Source: an uncultured virus (IMG/VR IMGVR_UViG_3300028833_000147)
Lineage: Duplodnaviria; Heunggongvirae; Uroviricota; Caudoviricetes
Length of the DNA stretch: 64,000 nucleotides
Strand: one strand, 5' to 3'
Virus record (IMG/VR): IMGVR_UViG_3300028833_000147
Position 1 is the stretch's first letter. Each line of letters opens with the position of its first letter. The position numbers were made by a program, and so were the translations under genes. Below the pieces are notes generated by a model. The model saw only the letters and a program-made list of their open reading frames with translations, had not been told where the DNA came from and ran no database searches. Below, piece by piece: positions 8,876-18,134 of this stretch.

Positions 8876-9332
8876 GTTCAGCCTCCTTATATTCCTTTCT
8901 CAAATCCATGAGAATTATACCCAGCATGTTTTTACCCTTACCACCGGATACACCCCAGAACTTGTCATGCCATACATTACCTTCTATGAGACACCTGTCA
9001 CCAGTGGCGATCAGCTTCTCTCTGATTTCCGGGTTTTGATCAAACTTGGCTTTGACAACTTTTCTCATTATGTCAACCTTGACATCTTCCCAGTCCTCAC
9101 GGAGTTTAACCTTTTTGCCCAGTTTCTTTGCAGCACCTGGTGTTAGTTGTGAAAACTCAAGTTTCGTCTTAGTGTCTTCGCATTTCTGTGCCTGAAACGC
9201 TGCTTCCGAATTCTTATAATCTATACCATCAAATGTTATATCACATAGATAGAAATTTGACAGGAAGAAGAATTCACCCCTGAACTCAGTTATTGCATCT
9301 TCATCAATTGTCATTTTGGTGTTCCTCCTCAT
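8862..9332 (-). CDS. NADAR family protein (YbiA-like)
   Basis: FLSNFY, SEAAFQAQK, KAKFDQN, LIEGN.WHDKFWG and GKNMLG motifs. Likely start is MTIDEDA after GAGGAGG. Confidence 0.93.
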   Translation of the reverse strand: MRRNTKMTIDEDAITEFRGEFFFLSNFYLCDITFDGIDYKNSEAAFQAQKCEDTKTKLEFSQLTPGAAKKLGKKVKLREDWEDVKVDIMRKVVKAKFDQNPEIREKLIATGDRCLIEGNVWHDKFWGVSGGKGKNMLGIILMDLRKEYKEAEHGSD

Positions 9333-9966
9333 TTTCTGTTATAACATCATATTTCGGTGAATCATCATCGTCATCATCGTCAGGTGAGGATGGTTCATTG
9401 AGAAATGATGGTTTCTCAACTTTATGAAGAATTTCTATTCCAACGATAACTTTGTTATGTAATAAATCTCGTGCAAAGATGTTAATATTCCTGAGATTAT
9501 CACCATCCGGAATAGTTATCATGATAAAATTTCGAGTGATATCACATACAGTACCAGTGCATGAATATTCACCATGGCTCTTCCTACCATAATAATGTAT
9601 ACGAATATAATCTCCTATGCTGAGAACATCTTTGCGTATTTCAACAAGGTCTTCAGTTCTTTTGTAATCAGAGATGTTGATGGTTTCATCGCCAATTACC
9701 AATGACATGTTGAAACAGTTTTCAAAAGGTACTGTGATGCAAGTTCTTGTTGCTATGAATCCATCGATCATATCATACTTGACGGTATCATTACTATAAA
9801 AATCTAAGTGGTTGTTCCATACGGACAACGAATCAAAACCCTTGAAAGGTTTATTATCTACATACACATAGAACGTTCTATCATTTATTTTCTGTAACAA
9901 TTTGGTTTCATTAACAACTTCTCTCGAACCCAATTTATTTATCAAATCTTCATTCCTCAATATCAT
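9304..9966 (-). CDS. hypothetical protein
   Basis: 220 aa ORF with an acidic C-terminus, overlapping its neighbours. Confidence 0.7.
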   Translation of the reverse strand: MILRNEDLINKLGSREVVNETKLLQKINDRTFYVYVDNKPFKGFDSLSVWNNHLDFYSNDTVKYDMIDGFIATRTCITVPFENCFNMSLVIGDETINISDYKRTEDLVEIRKDVLSIGDYIRIHYYGRKSHGEYSCTGTVCDITRNFIMITIPDGDNLRNINIFARDLLHNKVIVGIEILHKVEKPSFLNEPSSPDDDDDDDSPKYDVITENEEEHQNDN

Positions 9967-10255
9967 CTAAAATCCCTCCTACAAATATGACATCGCCATG
10001 AGGATTGATTTGTTTAACATCAATCTTGATATCATGTCTGTTATTATAATACACTTTAATCTTATCATTGTTTGTTATATGGGATATGAATGTTTCATGT
10101 GGATCTATATGAGGAAATCCTTCAACTTCATTCACATGAAACAGAAACTTGGTTAATGCACCACGACGATTACCTGCATTAACCAAAGCATATATACTTT
10201 TTACTTCCGTCACAAGATTTATGTCACAACATACGACGTAAGTTTTCGTGAACAT
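9950..10255 (-). CDS. hypothetical protein
   Basis: 101 aa ORF whose start abuts the upstream stop. Confidence 0.7.
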   Translation of the reverse strand: MFTKTYVVCCDINLVTEVKSIYALVNAGNRRGALTKFLFHVNEVEGFPHIDPHETFISHITNNDKIKVYYNNRHDIKIDVKQINPHGDVIFVGGILDDIEE

Positions 10256-10824
10256 TATTCATCATCCTTTTCATTATTTGAGAATTGCTTTATCAATCTC
10301 ATTATTGTATCTTTGTGCATACCGATTGTATCTATTTCATCAATGAAACAGTATCCTTTGTATATCGGTTTTTTGTCCTTAAACTCAAATCTTGTACCTT
10401 CTTCCTGAGATACCATACTGGTTAATGCAAATCCTTGATAATTCAAAGAACTAAACCTGGGTCTCAGTTCAACATAGGTATTGAAATCTGCATGGATGGT
10501 ACCGAGATCAAAATTTTCATTATCATTATTAGGAATTTGAAATTCAATATATTTGAATTTCAAACCCATTGATTCTTTATCGATATATTCACATGCGTAT
10601 TCGGGATGTCTATACAACGTATTGAGTTCCTCCATGCTGCGAACAATGATATCATATTGGGCGACCGGTATGTCAGCCACACTTCTCAATGAATTAACAG
10701 GTCTCTTGAACACCTTGAGTTTATATCTGAAACGGTCACCGACAACTTCAACAAATTCAAATACATACTGAGTTTCAGTAGATCCATTTTCTGTTATAAT
10801 TCCATGCCTTGATAATGTATACAT
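10255..10824 (-). CDS. hypothetical protein
   Basis: The track gives 10255..10893, but that extension runs through a hairpin. The start is placed at MYTLSRH after an AAAGGA RBS. Confidence 0.7.
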   Translation of the reverse strand: MYTLSRHGIITENGSTETQYVFEFVEVVGDRFRYKLKVFKRPVNSLRSVADIPVAQYDIIVRSMEELNTLYRHPEYACEYIDKESMGLKFKYIEFQIPNNDNENFDLGTIHADFNTYVELRPRFSSLNYQGFALTSMVSQEEGTRFEFKDKKPIYKGYCFIDEIDTIGMHKDTIMRLIKQFSNNEKDDE

Positions 10825-10853
10825 AATAAAAATCCTTTCAAAATGAAATATTA

Positions 10854-10879
10854 TATAGCGGGGATAATTCCCCGCTATA
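10854..10879 (-). terminator. terminator-like hairpin downstream of the RNAP beta' gene
   Basis: TATAGCGGGGA-taat-TCCCCGCTATA. Confidence 0.65.
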
Positions 10880-10883
10880 ATAA

Positions 10884-12287
10884 TTATTGACATTCACTCA
10901 TGAGACCAAGACAAACATCACTCCATGACATCAGATCAATACTAACTTTCTCATTGATGTAGTTAGTCATGCATGAATAATGGAATGCTTCAAAGTGCTG
11001 AACTATTCCATCTTCTTCTGATCCAAGGAATAATACATTCAACTGATCTCCATCGAAGTCTGCATTGAATCCTGAAAGAACTTCAGGAGGGAGTGATATC
11101 GTATCATCGTTGAATTTGAATCTACGGATCTTTGCAACCTCTATGGATGCCATGTTGTTTGTTGGTTCTCGTAATATCATAATCCACTGTTCTTTATCAA
11201 TTACCTCCTGAAGTATTTCTATTACTTCCGGATGCAATTTATAATCCCTGACAGTAAGGTATGCCTGTTCCAATGTCAGGTTATAACGAACAGCGAGTAT
11301 GTGTGTAATCTTATAATGGAATGCCGTTATACACATCGGGAGAGGTAAATCAACTTCGTCTATATTAAGTGATATATCGAGTGTGATAACAGCACGACCT
11401 GAGAATGAGAAAGTTCCTCCGACTATTTCGGAACGAACAAATCCATCCTTCTTTGATACTTCATCTGTGATAAGATGTTCAGTCATATCAATCCAGTAAT
11501 TCTGAATAAAGTTCAATGCCTGAATTGTTTCACAAGGAAGTGTCATATCTTTCAACTTGCACTGGATAGCGACGATCTGAGAAAACCATTTGTTCGTCTT
11601 GTCATAGAACATTGTCTCTGATGTCTTAAGGACGGGTCTGAATGCTGTTGAATATACGGGAATCTTTGATGTGAAAACAGCATGTTTTTCATTTATCAAA
11701 GTCTGTAATTCTTCAGCTCCGTTCTTTGCACACGCAGTAACGACTTCCTCAAATCTTTCACAGAATTCATCATGACCCAATCCTTCATAGATCTGTTTAG
11801 ACTTGGGGATCTTCTTTTTGATTGCTTCGATATCGTTCTGTGCAAGTCTTCCCTTTTTACGATTCTTCTTATTCTCAAAGAAGTCTACATCGTTTTCATT
11901 ATATGGAACAGAAAGATCTGATTTATAATCACCAAGAATATATTTAAGCATATTTGGTGATAATACTCTCTTGAGCATTGAATAGTAGATTGGTGTTATT
12001 ACTTTATGAGGAGCAATATCAATCCAGCCGGTATATCCAAAGTTAAGAGATCTCAGAGTGATTTCTGTTTTACAACGAGGACATATTCTACCGAGTATGT
12101 CCTGTCCTGTGAAAGCACCACAGTCACAACGATATTCTACGTCCATAAACTTTGGAGAGTTTACGAGCTGATCAACGTTGGTTGGTGCATATTGGTCTTC
12201 ATTCTTTATAACGAATCCATTGTTTGTAATCATGTCAAGAATGTATTCATTCTCAAGATTTGTTCTTTCAAGACGCACTGATGACAT
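10884..12287 (-). CDS. phage multisubunit RNA polymerase beta'-like subunit, N-terminal/catalytic part (probably non-virion RNAP)
   Basis: Zn finger CDCG...CPRC, GWID, FSGRAVI, REPT and the catalytic NADFDGD. It ends ~50 aa after the catalytic motif, so the subunit is split. Confidence 0.93.
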   Translation of the reverse strand: MSSVRLERTNLENEYILDMITNNGFVIKNEDQYAPTNVDQLVNSPKFMDVEYRCDCGAFTGQDILGRICPRCKTEITLRSLNFGYTGWIDIAPHKVITPIYYSMLKRVLSPNMLKYILGDYKSDLSVPYNENDVDFFENKKNRKKGRLAQNDIEAIKKKIPKSKQIYEGLGHDEFCERFEEVVTACAKNGAEELQTLINEKHAVFTSKIPVYSTAFRPVLKTSETMFYDKTNKWFSQIVAIQCKLKDMTLPCETIQALNFIQNYWIDMTEHLITDEVSKKDGFVRSEIVGGTFSFSGRAVITLDISLNIDEVDLPLPMCITAFHYKITHILAVRYNLTLEQAYLTVRDYKLHPEVIEILQEVIDKEQWIMILREPTNNMASIEVAKIRRFKFNDDTISLPPEVLSGFNADFDGDQLNVLFLGSEEDGIVQHFEAFHYSCMTNYINEKVSIDLMSWSDVCLGLMSECQ

Positions 12288-12302
12288 TATTACAACACCC
12301 CC

Positions 12303-13931
12303 TTATTTCATTAATTCGAATAACTCAACGATCATGTCAAGTATTGCCATTGTCATGTTTCCGGTCTCATATATTAAAGGCGTATCCAGCAGTGAGGGAT
12401 CATTGTGGTTCACTATCGTGTATGATGATAACACACAATGCATTATACTTTCAACAAATACGTTTACATTATTCTCAGTAAGAAGATACTCCTTAAGATT
12501 GTTCAGCTTAACGTATTTCTTGATACTGTTTACATCTTTCTGTGTAAGAGACTTGGTCGCTGTTGTAACAGTTTTACCCATGAGAATATTTATAAGAGCA
12601 TTACCCTTTGTATCCTCTTCGGTTAAACCATATATATCCATTACGAGATGACGAATGTACAATAACAGAAGAATCTTCTGTCTCATACCGATCGTGTTAG
12701 TCGATAATGATGAATGGAATTTATTATAAAGAATTGCATCGATCAATATCGTTGATAGTTCATTCATCTGAGGCAGATGTTCCATGTAATAATCTACAGG
12801 TGAAACATCAATATCCAATGCAATATGAGCTATAATGATATTCAGATCCTTAAGCATACACTCATACTCACCGGGATTGAACGATCTTATCATTGATATT
12901 GGTGAATTTTGATTTATATTATCAGGCATTAACTGAGAAACATCATCCACATTTACCAGAGAATACCTGAGCTGTTTCTTTCTTGTCAGGAAAGACGCCT
13001 GCATGATTATAGCCTTAATGAGACCAACGCATGAATATGTTGGTCGCTTATTAATCTTATCCCATGCAGATGCGAATGTGAGTTTAATCAATCCATCACA
13101 AAGTAATATCTTTCTCATAACGAACTGCGTAGTTGTTGGAGCAGTTACTCCTTCAACAGCCTGCATGTCGTATATATTAGCATTTGATGATATTGACTGC
13201 ATGACATTCTTGTTGACGTAGTTGTACAAAAGAATGTACATATTCGGATTTATTTGATCCATTGCATGAGAGAAAGCACGTGCGAATAGTTCATACAAAT
13301 CCTTTGGTGAATTACCTGTGGCTATGATGAAATGTTCGATGAATATATGCATCACCTTTATCATGAATGAGACAATGTACATATCACGAAGGAAATCAAC
13401 AGGGAACAAACCTATTGTATCATCACCAACATCATTTTCATCAACCATCTTCTTTATCTTCTCCATTGTTTTAGGAGGAAACAAAGTGTCATACAATACC
13501 TTGTAATATTCATCAAAGGTATCAATGGTATATGTTTCAGAGTCAGTGATGTATTTCGCAATCATCATAGATGTTATTAAATCATTATCGTCATCATATA
13601 ATGCCGTGAAGAAATTTATCTGTTCACAGATATAATTCTGAAGATCATTTCTCTTAGCTCTGAGCTGGAATACTTCAAAAGCTGGATCAATGATATCCGG
13701 GAATAGTGCACTGAAATTCACGAAGATCTGTGATCCATTATGACGAATGATTATGTCTTCGGGTATGGGTTCCCAATTTATAAATCGGGTCTTCTTATAC
13801 CTCTTACCTTTCAATCCAGCAGGGAAACCATTATACGGATATTCCGTACCATGTTTTGCGTTATACTCATATTTCTCGTCTGGGTCATAAAGGTATAGAA
13901 GCGTTTTTGAAGATGGTTCCTTCTTTGCCAC
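12303..13931 (-). CDS. putative sigma-like promoter-specificity subunit of the non-virion RNAP (phiKZ gp68 / AR9 gp226-like)
   Basis: 542 aa helical protein next to beta'. Segments EQINFF, VSFMIKVMHIFIEHFI, YILLYNYV and the C-terminal SSYTIVNH...ILDMIVEL resemble phiKZ gp68 as I recall it; not verified by search. Confidence 0.6.
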   Translation of the reverse strand: MAKKEPSSKTLLYLYDPDEKYEYNAKHGTEYPYNGFPAGLKGKRYKKTRFINWEPIPEDIIIRHNGSQIFVNFSALFPDIIDPAFEVFQLRAKRNDLQNYICEQINFFTALYDDDNDLITSMMIAKYITDSETYTIDTFDEYYKVLYDTLFPPKTMEKIKKMVDENDVGDDTIGLFPVDFLRDMYIVSFMIKVMHIFIEHFIIATGNSPKDLYELFARAFSHAMDQINPNMYILLYNYVNKNVMQSISSNANIYDMQAVEGVTAPTTTQFVMRKILLCDGLIKLTFASAWDKINKRPTYSCVGLIKAIIMQASFLTRKKQLRYSLVNVDDVSQLMPDNINQNSPISMIRSFNPGEYECMLKDLNIIIAHIALDIDVSPVDYYMEHLPQMNELSTILIDAILYNKFHSSLSTNTIGMRQKILLLLYIRHLVMDIYGLTEEDTKGNALINILMGKTVTTATKSLTQKDVNSIKKYVKLNNLKEYLLTENNVNVFVESIMHCVLSSYTIVNHNDPSLLDTPLIYETGNMTMAILDMIVELFELMK

Positions 13932-13952
13932 CTTTGCATACCTCCCTTTTCC

Positions 13953-14582
13953 TTAAATAACTCCTGCTGATATCACGCTGGTATATCTTAGGAATATATT
14001 TTCTTTGTCAGATAATTCTTTATCTAGTTTATGTTTAGCCAAATGATCAATCGTATAACGATAGTCATCACATATAACCAAACATATTGGAGCATCAACA
14101 TTCTTAATGATATCAATACTTTTAGTAGATGCTGTTAAGAATGTTGAATTCGGATGTTCTTTTATGAATTTATAAATATCCCCGTAAATATATTGAACAC
14201 CCTTGAAACCGTATGATTGTATACATTCTTCGGCAATCTTTGAATATTTATCAGAATATATATAAAGATTGTCTTTACGTTCTTTATGAGATGCTTGAAA
14301 AACCTTATATGAATATAACAAGTTCGGTTGCATAGATAAAAAGCTTGATAACATTTCATCAGGATTGATGTCTATATTAAACTCTTTATGCAACCAAATT
14401 GAATAATCTTCATCTTCTCTATCGAGATAACTTGCTAATACGTCTTGTATTGACATACCAGCAAGTTTCTCAGATAGATTGTTGGATTTAAATTGCTTAG
14501 CAACATTATATCCAGTCATGCTGATGAGATCTTCATATTGGATTATCATTCCAGCCTCTCCAATCTCACCAAGACTAAACAT
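13953..14582 (-). CDS. hypothetical protein, possibly HAD-like fold
   Basis: 209 aa alpha/beta pattern within the replication/transcription block; catalytic Asp motif not clear. Confidence 0.55.
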   Translation of the reverse strand: MFSLGEIGEAGMIIQYEDLISMTGYNVAKQFKSNNLSEKLAGMSIQDVLASYLDREDEDYSIWLHKEFNIDINPDEMLSSFLSMQPNLLYSYKVFQASHKERKDNLYIYSDKYSKIAEECIQSYGFKGVQYIYGDIYKFIKEHPNSTFLTASTKSIDIIKNVDAPICLVICDDYRYTIDHLAKHKLDKELSDKENIFLRYTSVISAGVI

Positions 14583-14588
14583 GATGAA

Positions 14589-15188
14589 TTAGAAAGGTGT
14601 ATCTTCACCATCAGCCTGATCATCTGATGGTGTTACCATAGCAAACTCCTCCGGATCGAGTTTGTTATACAGAGCCTTCTTGTATGCAATCTCAAGATAC
14701 TTCTTAAGATTGTTGAAACGTGAATGAATGTTTTTGTTATTGCCTGTGATTGATTCGAGAGTGATTGTTCTTGTACCATTCTTGGGATCATCAAGAGTGA
14801 TTCTGACTTCGTTACCCTGACCGATCATTGAGAACTTGCCACCATTTTCCTTGGTCCATGATACATTAATTGTACCGGGATCTCCGCAAGTATCCATTGC
14901 AACAAGAAGTGCATTGAGATAATTGATGTCAAGGAAGTAACGAGGTGTGGTACCAGGCTTGTTCTGCTCAAGTACTGATGCACCGGTTGAAGGATCCTTA
15001 CCAACGATGCTCTTTGCACTGAGGATTGTTTTTACTCCTGTAGGTGCTACCCAGATTGATACTGTGAGTACACCTTCCTTGCCCCAAACCTTTTCACCAA
15101 TATTGAAATTGGTTTTCTTCTTGTCACCGTTCTGGCCATTGTTGAAGTTGTTTGAGTTGTTGAAATTGTTATTATTAGTAAATGACAT
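14589..15188 (-). CDS. putative single-stranded DNA-binding protein
   Basis: Beta-rich core, Asn-rich N-tail and acidic C-terminal tail DDQADGEDTPF (SSB-like ...PF end); lies near the DNA polymerase. Confidence 0.5.
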   Translation of the reverse strand: MSFTNNNNFNNSNNFNNGQNGDKKKTNFNIGEKVWGKEGVLTVSIWVAPTGVKTILSAKSIVGKDPSTGASVLEQNKPGTTPRYFLDINYLNALLVAMDTCGDPGTINVSWTKENGGKFSMIGQGNEVRITLDDPKNGTRTITLESITGNNKNIHSRFNNLKKYLEIAYKKALYNKLDPEEFAMVTPSDDQADGEDTPF

Positions 15189-15248
15189 AATAACTATTCC
15201 TCCTTTTCAATAATAAGTAAATTTTAGTTCCGAAATAAGAACATTATA

Positions 15249-15818
15249 TTATTCTGATTCTTCATCCAAAGACTCAAAATAATCCTGACGAATTGATTGT
15301 ACAGTCATTGAGAGATTCGGTACATCATTCTTGTGTAATCCAAATACTTCAACAAACTGATTATCATCATCCTCGTCTTCCCTTGATTCTGTTTCAAATA
15401 AATCCTCCGATAGGATTTCATCGAGAGAATTTTCTGATAACATAACAAGGAGAGTCTTCATTAATTCAACCTGTATTTCAAAATCTTCATAATTTGAAAT
15501 GTCTGTGTTGTCTATATGAAGAGCTCTCTTTATCTCATTAAGATTGCTGATCAATGCTCGAAGAACATATTGAGCAACTATCTTCTTGAGATCACTTTTA
15601 CTCGGCAGGTCATCTGTCAGATTATCACCATATTCATCAATACAGTCTAATGCCGCATTCAGATTGGTCATGATCATGTTAATCTTCATTGCCCATATCC
15701 GAGGAGAGATATATGCAAGTATACCATTTATCTCCTGGATGTCTGAACTGAAGTCATATGACACACCTGTGTATCTTGTGAAGAAGTCATAGATCTGTTC
15801 CCACATGACACATGTCAC
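15249..15818 (-). CDS. hypothetical acidic protein
   Basis: 189 aa ORF with a GGGG-type RBS; start codon uncertain. Confidence 0.7.
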   Translation of the reverse strand: MTCVMWEQIYDFFTRYTGVSYDFSSDIQEINGILAYISPRIWAMKINMIMTNLNAALDCIDEYGDNLTDDLPSKSDLKKIVAQYVLRALISNLNEIKRALHIDNTDISNYEDFEIQVELMKTLLVMLSENSLDEILSEDLFETESREDEDDDNQFVEVFGLHKNDVPNLSMTVQSIRQDYFESLDEESE

Positions 15819-15855
15819 CCCCTTTCATGAAAAGAATATATTTATTCTTTCCTTA

Positions 15856-17844
15856 TTAAATATATGCAAGATTGGTGGGCCTGAAACCACCAGGCACATC
15901 AACAACATAAACACCGAATGCATCCAATAACTGACGGAATGGCATTAACAGTTTATCTGCAGCATAATCAACATCAATTACCTTACTAATCCAGTCAGGT
16001 ATTGTGTGATAATGTTCGGGTATACATATATACGGATCATTCTTTTCTTTCTCATTATCAATCAATGAAATTCTCAAGATCTCATTTATTTTACCATCTT
16101 CATCTTTGTGCTGTTTTAATAGATCGAATGATAATGGAATGACAATAACTCTGTCGAGAGGCAGTATTTCTTCATCAGGCATTATTGCATTCCATACAAG
16201 TGCTCCTCGCATCTGTGCCGGGAGTACTTTTGTTTGATCATATGCATCAACACTTTTTATCGATAATACCTTGTGATATGATGGATCTGTTGCTATTGAT
16301 GTCAACAATGTATTTCTGAGATTGTTATACTCATCAAGTATTCCTGATAGAGATACCTTATCACAAGTTAATACATATTTGTCATATATGTTAACCATGA
16401 TCGGTTCAAGGAATTCTGCAGAATCTCTCTTCTTAAATGATAATCCTGATACGGCTATTTCATGAATATCACGAGGAGAACCTTCTTGAACAAACATTGC
16501 TGATGCATACATCTTCTTTGCTATGAGTGCCATCGCCAGAAATGCAAACTCATTCTTGAATACGAATTTCTTTCTATAATATTCATCTTTGATATTACAG
16601 AAGTTTGCAATGTCTTCAACCATTCTTGGTATTATATGTTCAATGAACAATCTCATTCCAAATGCAGATGCAACGAGACATCTATCTCTGAATGATAATG
16701 TTTGATCAAGAATCTGGAAGTCATCTATATAATGAGCAAACTGAACCATGAGTGAATCAGTATCAGTTACGCACACTATTTCCCTATCCATATTAGCTGC
16801 TCTCAACTCGGCATCATTTGGTACGAACGGATACACACAGTTGTCTACTATGATCTTCGATACTTCCTCTATCAGTCCAGCTATCTCTTCAGGTGGTTTA
16901 ACACCATAACCACAACGATGAATTGTATCTTTTAACTGAGCCACCTGTTCATCATTATGAAAATCGACGGTTGAAAATGTATCAATATCAATATGATGCA
17001 TACAGAGATACTCACTAATCTGAGTCACCTGACTCCTCACATATCTTTTCAGTACCAACCTTGGATTGAATGCTAACATGAGCTTACATAATTCATCTGC
17101 AGTTAATGTCTCAAGAAAGGTTCTTAAACATCTCTTATCACTACCATTAACATTTGAAACACGGGACAATAGCCATGTCAGTACATCATCAACATAGTAT
17201 ACATCATTGATTAGAACTCTATCTGTTCTCGTATCATTCAATACTGAATAAATCATATCGAATAATTCATTGATGTTCATGAGTCTTGCCCAATTGTCAT
17301 TATTACCAGAAATGAACTCCAAACAGCAGATTAAGCTCGTGGTTATGTTCTTTGCACTGCCAGTTGTGGCAGGAGGAATATAACACGAATAGAATGGTGA
17401 CAACGTTGTTCCAGACCCACCGTAGTCAGCATTCATAATGACCTTAATAGACAACTGTCCAACATTTGCATTGTTGTATTCAACTGTACCTTTTGGCCAT
17501 TGATACATCTCTTTCTTTTTCTTCTTTCTGTTAACTTGCAACTTCTCAAGCATTTTAACAGTAGGAGCCAAATATTCTTCATGTTGTTTGAAGAATGTTC
17601 CATTACCTGTTATGATCGGTTGTCTATTTTCGATCCACACAAATGTATCAATTACAGTTGTATCAATCTTTTCATGTGTGATGTTGTTGTGCAACTGACA
17701 AGGAATGTTTCTCATTCTCTCGTTAGTAAGTTCGATGACTTTCGACGCAACCATTGCACGATCAAAATTTGGGTGGGCTTTACAATACATATCAATTATT
17801 CTATCTTGATATCTATCAAGTACAGTTTCTCCCAAATCAATCAC
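15856..17844 (-). CDS. family B DNA polymerase, split subunit carrying motifs B and C
   Basis: KVIMNADYG (motif B), TDTDS (motif C), KKMYA and SGLSFKK. No exonuclease motifs or DxxSLYP motif A are visible. Confidence 0.9.
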   Translation of the reverse strand: MIDLGETVLDRYQDRIIDMYCKAHPNFDRAMVASKVIELTNERMRNIPCQLHNNITHEKIDTTVIDTFVWIENRQPIITGNGTFFKQHEEYLAPTVKMLEKLQVNRKKKKKEMYQWPKGTVEYNNANVGQLSIKVIMNADYGGSGTTLSPFYSCYIPPATTGSAKNITTSLICCLEFISGNNDNWARLMNINELFDMIYSVLNDTRTDRVLINDVYYVDDVLTWLLSRVSNVNGSDKRCLRTFLETLTADELCKLMLAFNPRLVLKRYVRSQVTQISEYLCMHHIDIDTFSTVDFHNDEQVAQLKDTIHRCGYGVKPPEEIAGLIEEVSKIIVDNCVYPFVPNDAELRAANMDREIVCVTDTDSLMVQFAHYIDDFQILDQTLSFRDRCLVASAFGMRLFIEHIIPRMVEDIANFCNIKDEYYRKKFVFKNEFAFLAMALIAKKMYASAMFVQEGSPRDIHEIAVSGLSFKKRDSAEFLEPIMVNIYDKYVLTCDKVSLSGILDEYNNLRNTLLTSIATDPSYHKVLSIKSVDAYDQTKVLPAQMRGALVWNAIMPDEEILPLDRVIVIPLSFDLLKQHKDEDGKINEILRISLIDNEKEKNDPYICIPEHYHTIPDWISKVIDVDYAADKLLMPFRQLLDAFGVYVVDVPGGFRPTNLAYI

Positions 17845-17878
17845 ATCCTTTCGTTAATTTTTAGAAGGGGGAGATTAT

Positions 17879-18031
17879 ATGGATGATTACAATCAGTTGG
17901 AGAATCTTCCAACTATAAATGGTATCGAGGTTAAAGGTGATTTAACCTTAAACGATATCGGAATACTTGAAATGACTCTTGAAGAAGTTAATGAAATCTT
18001 TCTGGAGACATTCGGATACTTATTATCATAA
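17879..18031 (+). CDS. small 50 aa protein not in the ORF track, with a DYNxLxNxPxING motif
   Basis: Translates to MDDYNQLENLPTINGIEVKGDLTLNDIGILEMTLEEVNEIFLETFGYLLS, preceded by a GAAGGGGGAG RBS. Confidence 0.7.
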   Translation: MDDYNQLENLPTINGIEVKGDLTLNDIGILEMTLEEVNEIFLETFGYLLS

Positions 18032-18134
18032 GTATTCTTTTGTTTAAAATTGATCAATGGGACTTATTGGTCCCATATCAATATAACGATATATTTCTTT
18101 ATATCTAAAAAATTTATGCAAAGGAGAAAAGAAT

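Noticed and set aside
12303..13931. Chimallin (phage nucleus shell), suggested by its position between PolB and beta'
   Set aside because: The sequence pattern fits a helical gp68-like sigma factor better, and I recognise no chimallin features. A structure search is needed to exclude it formally.
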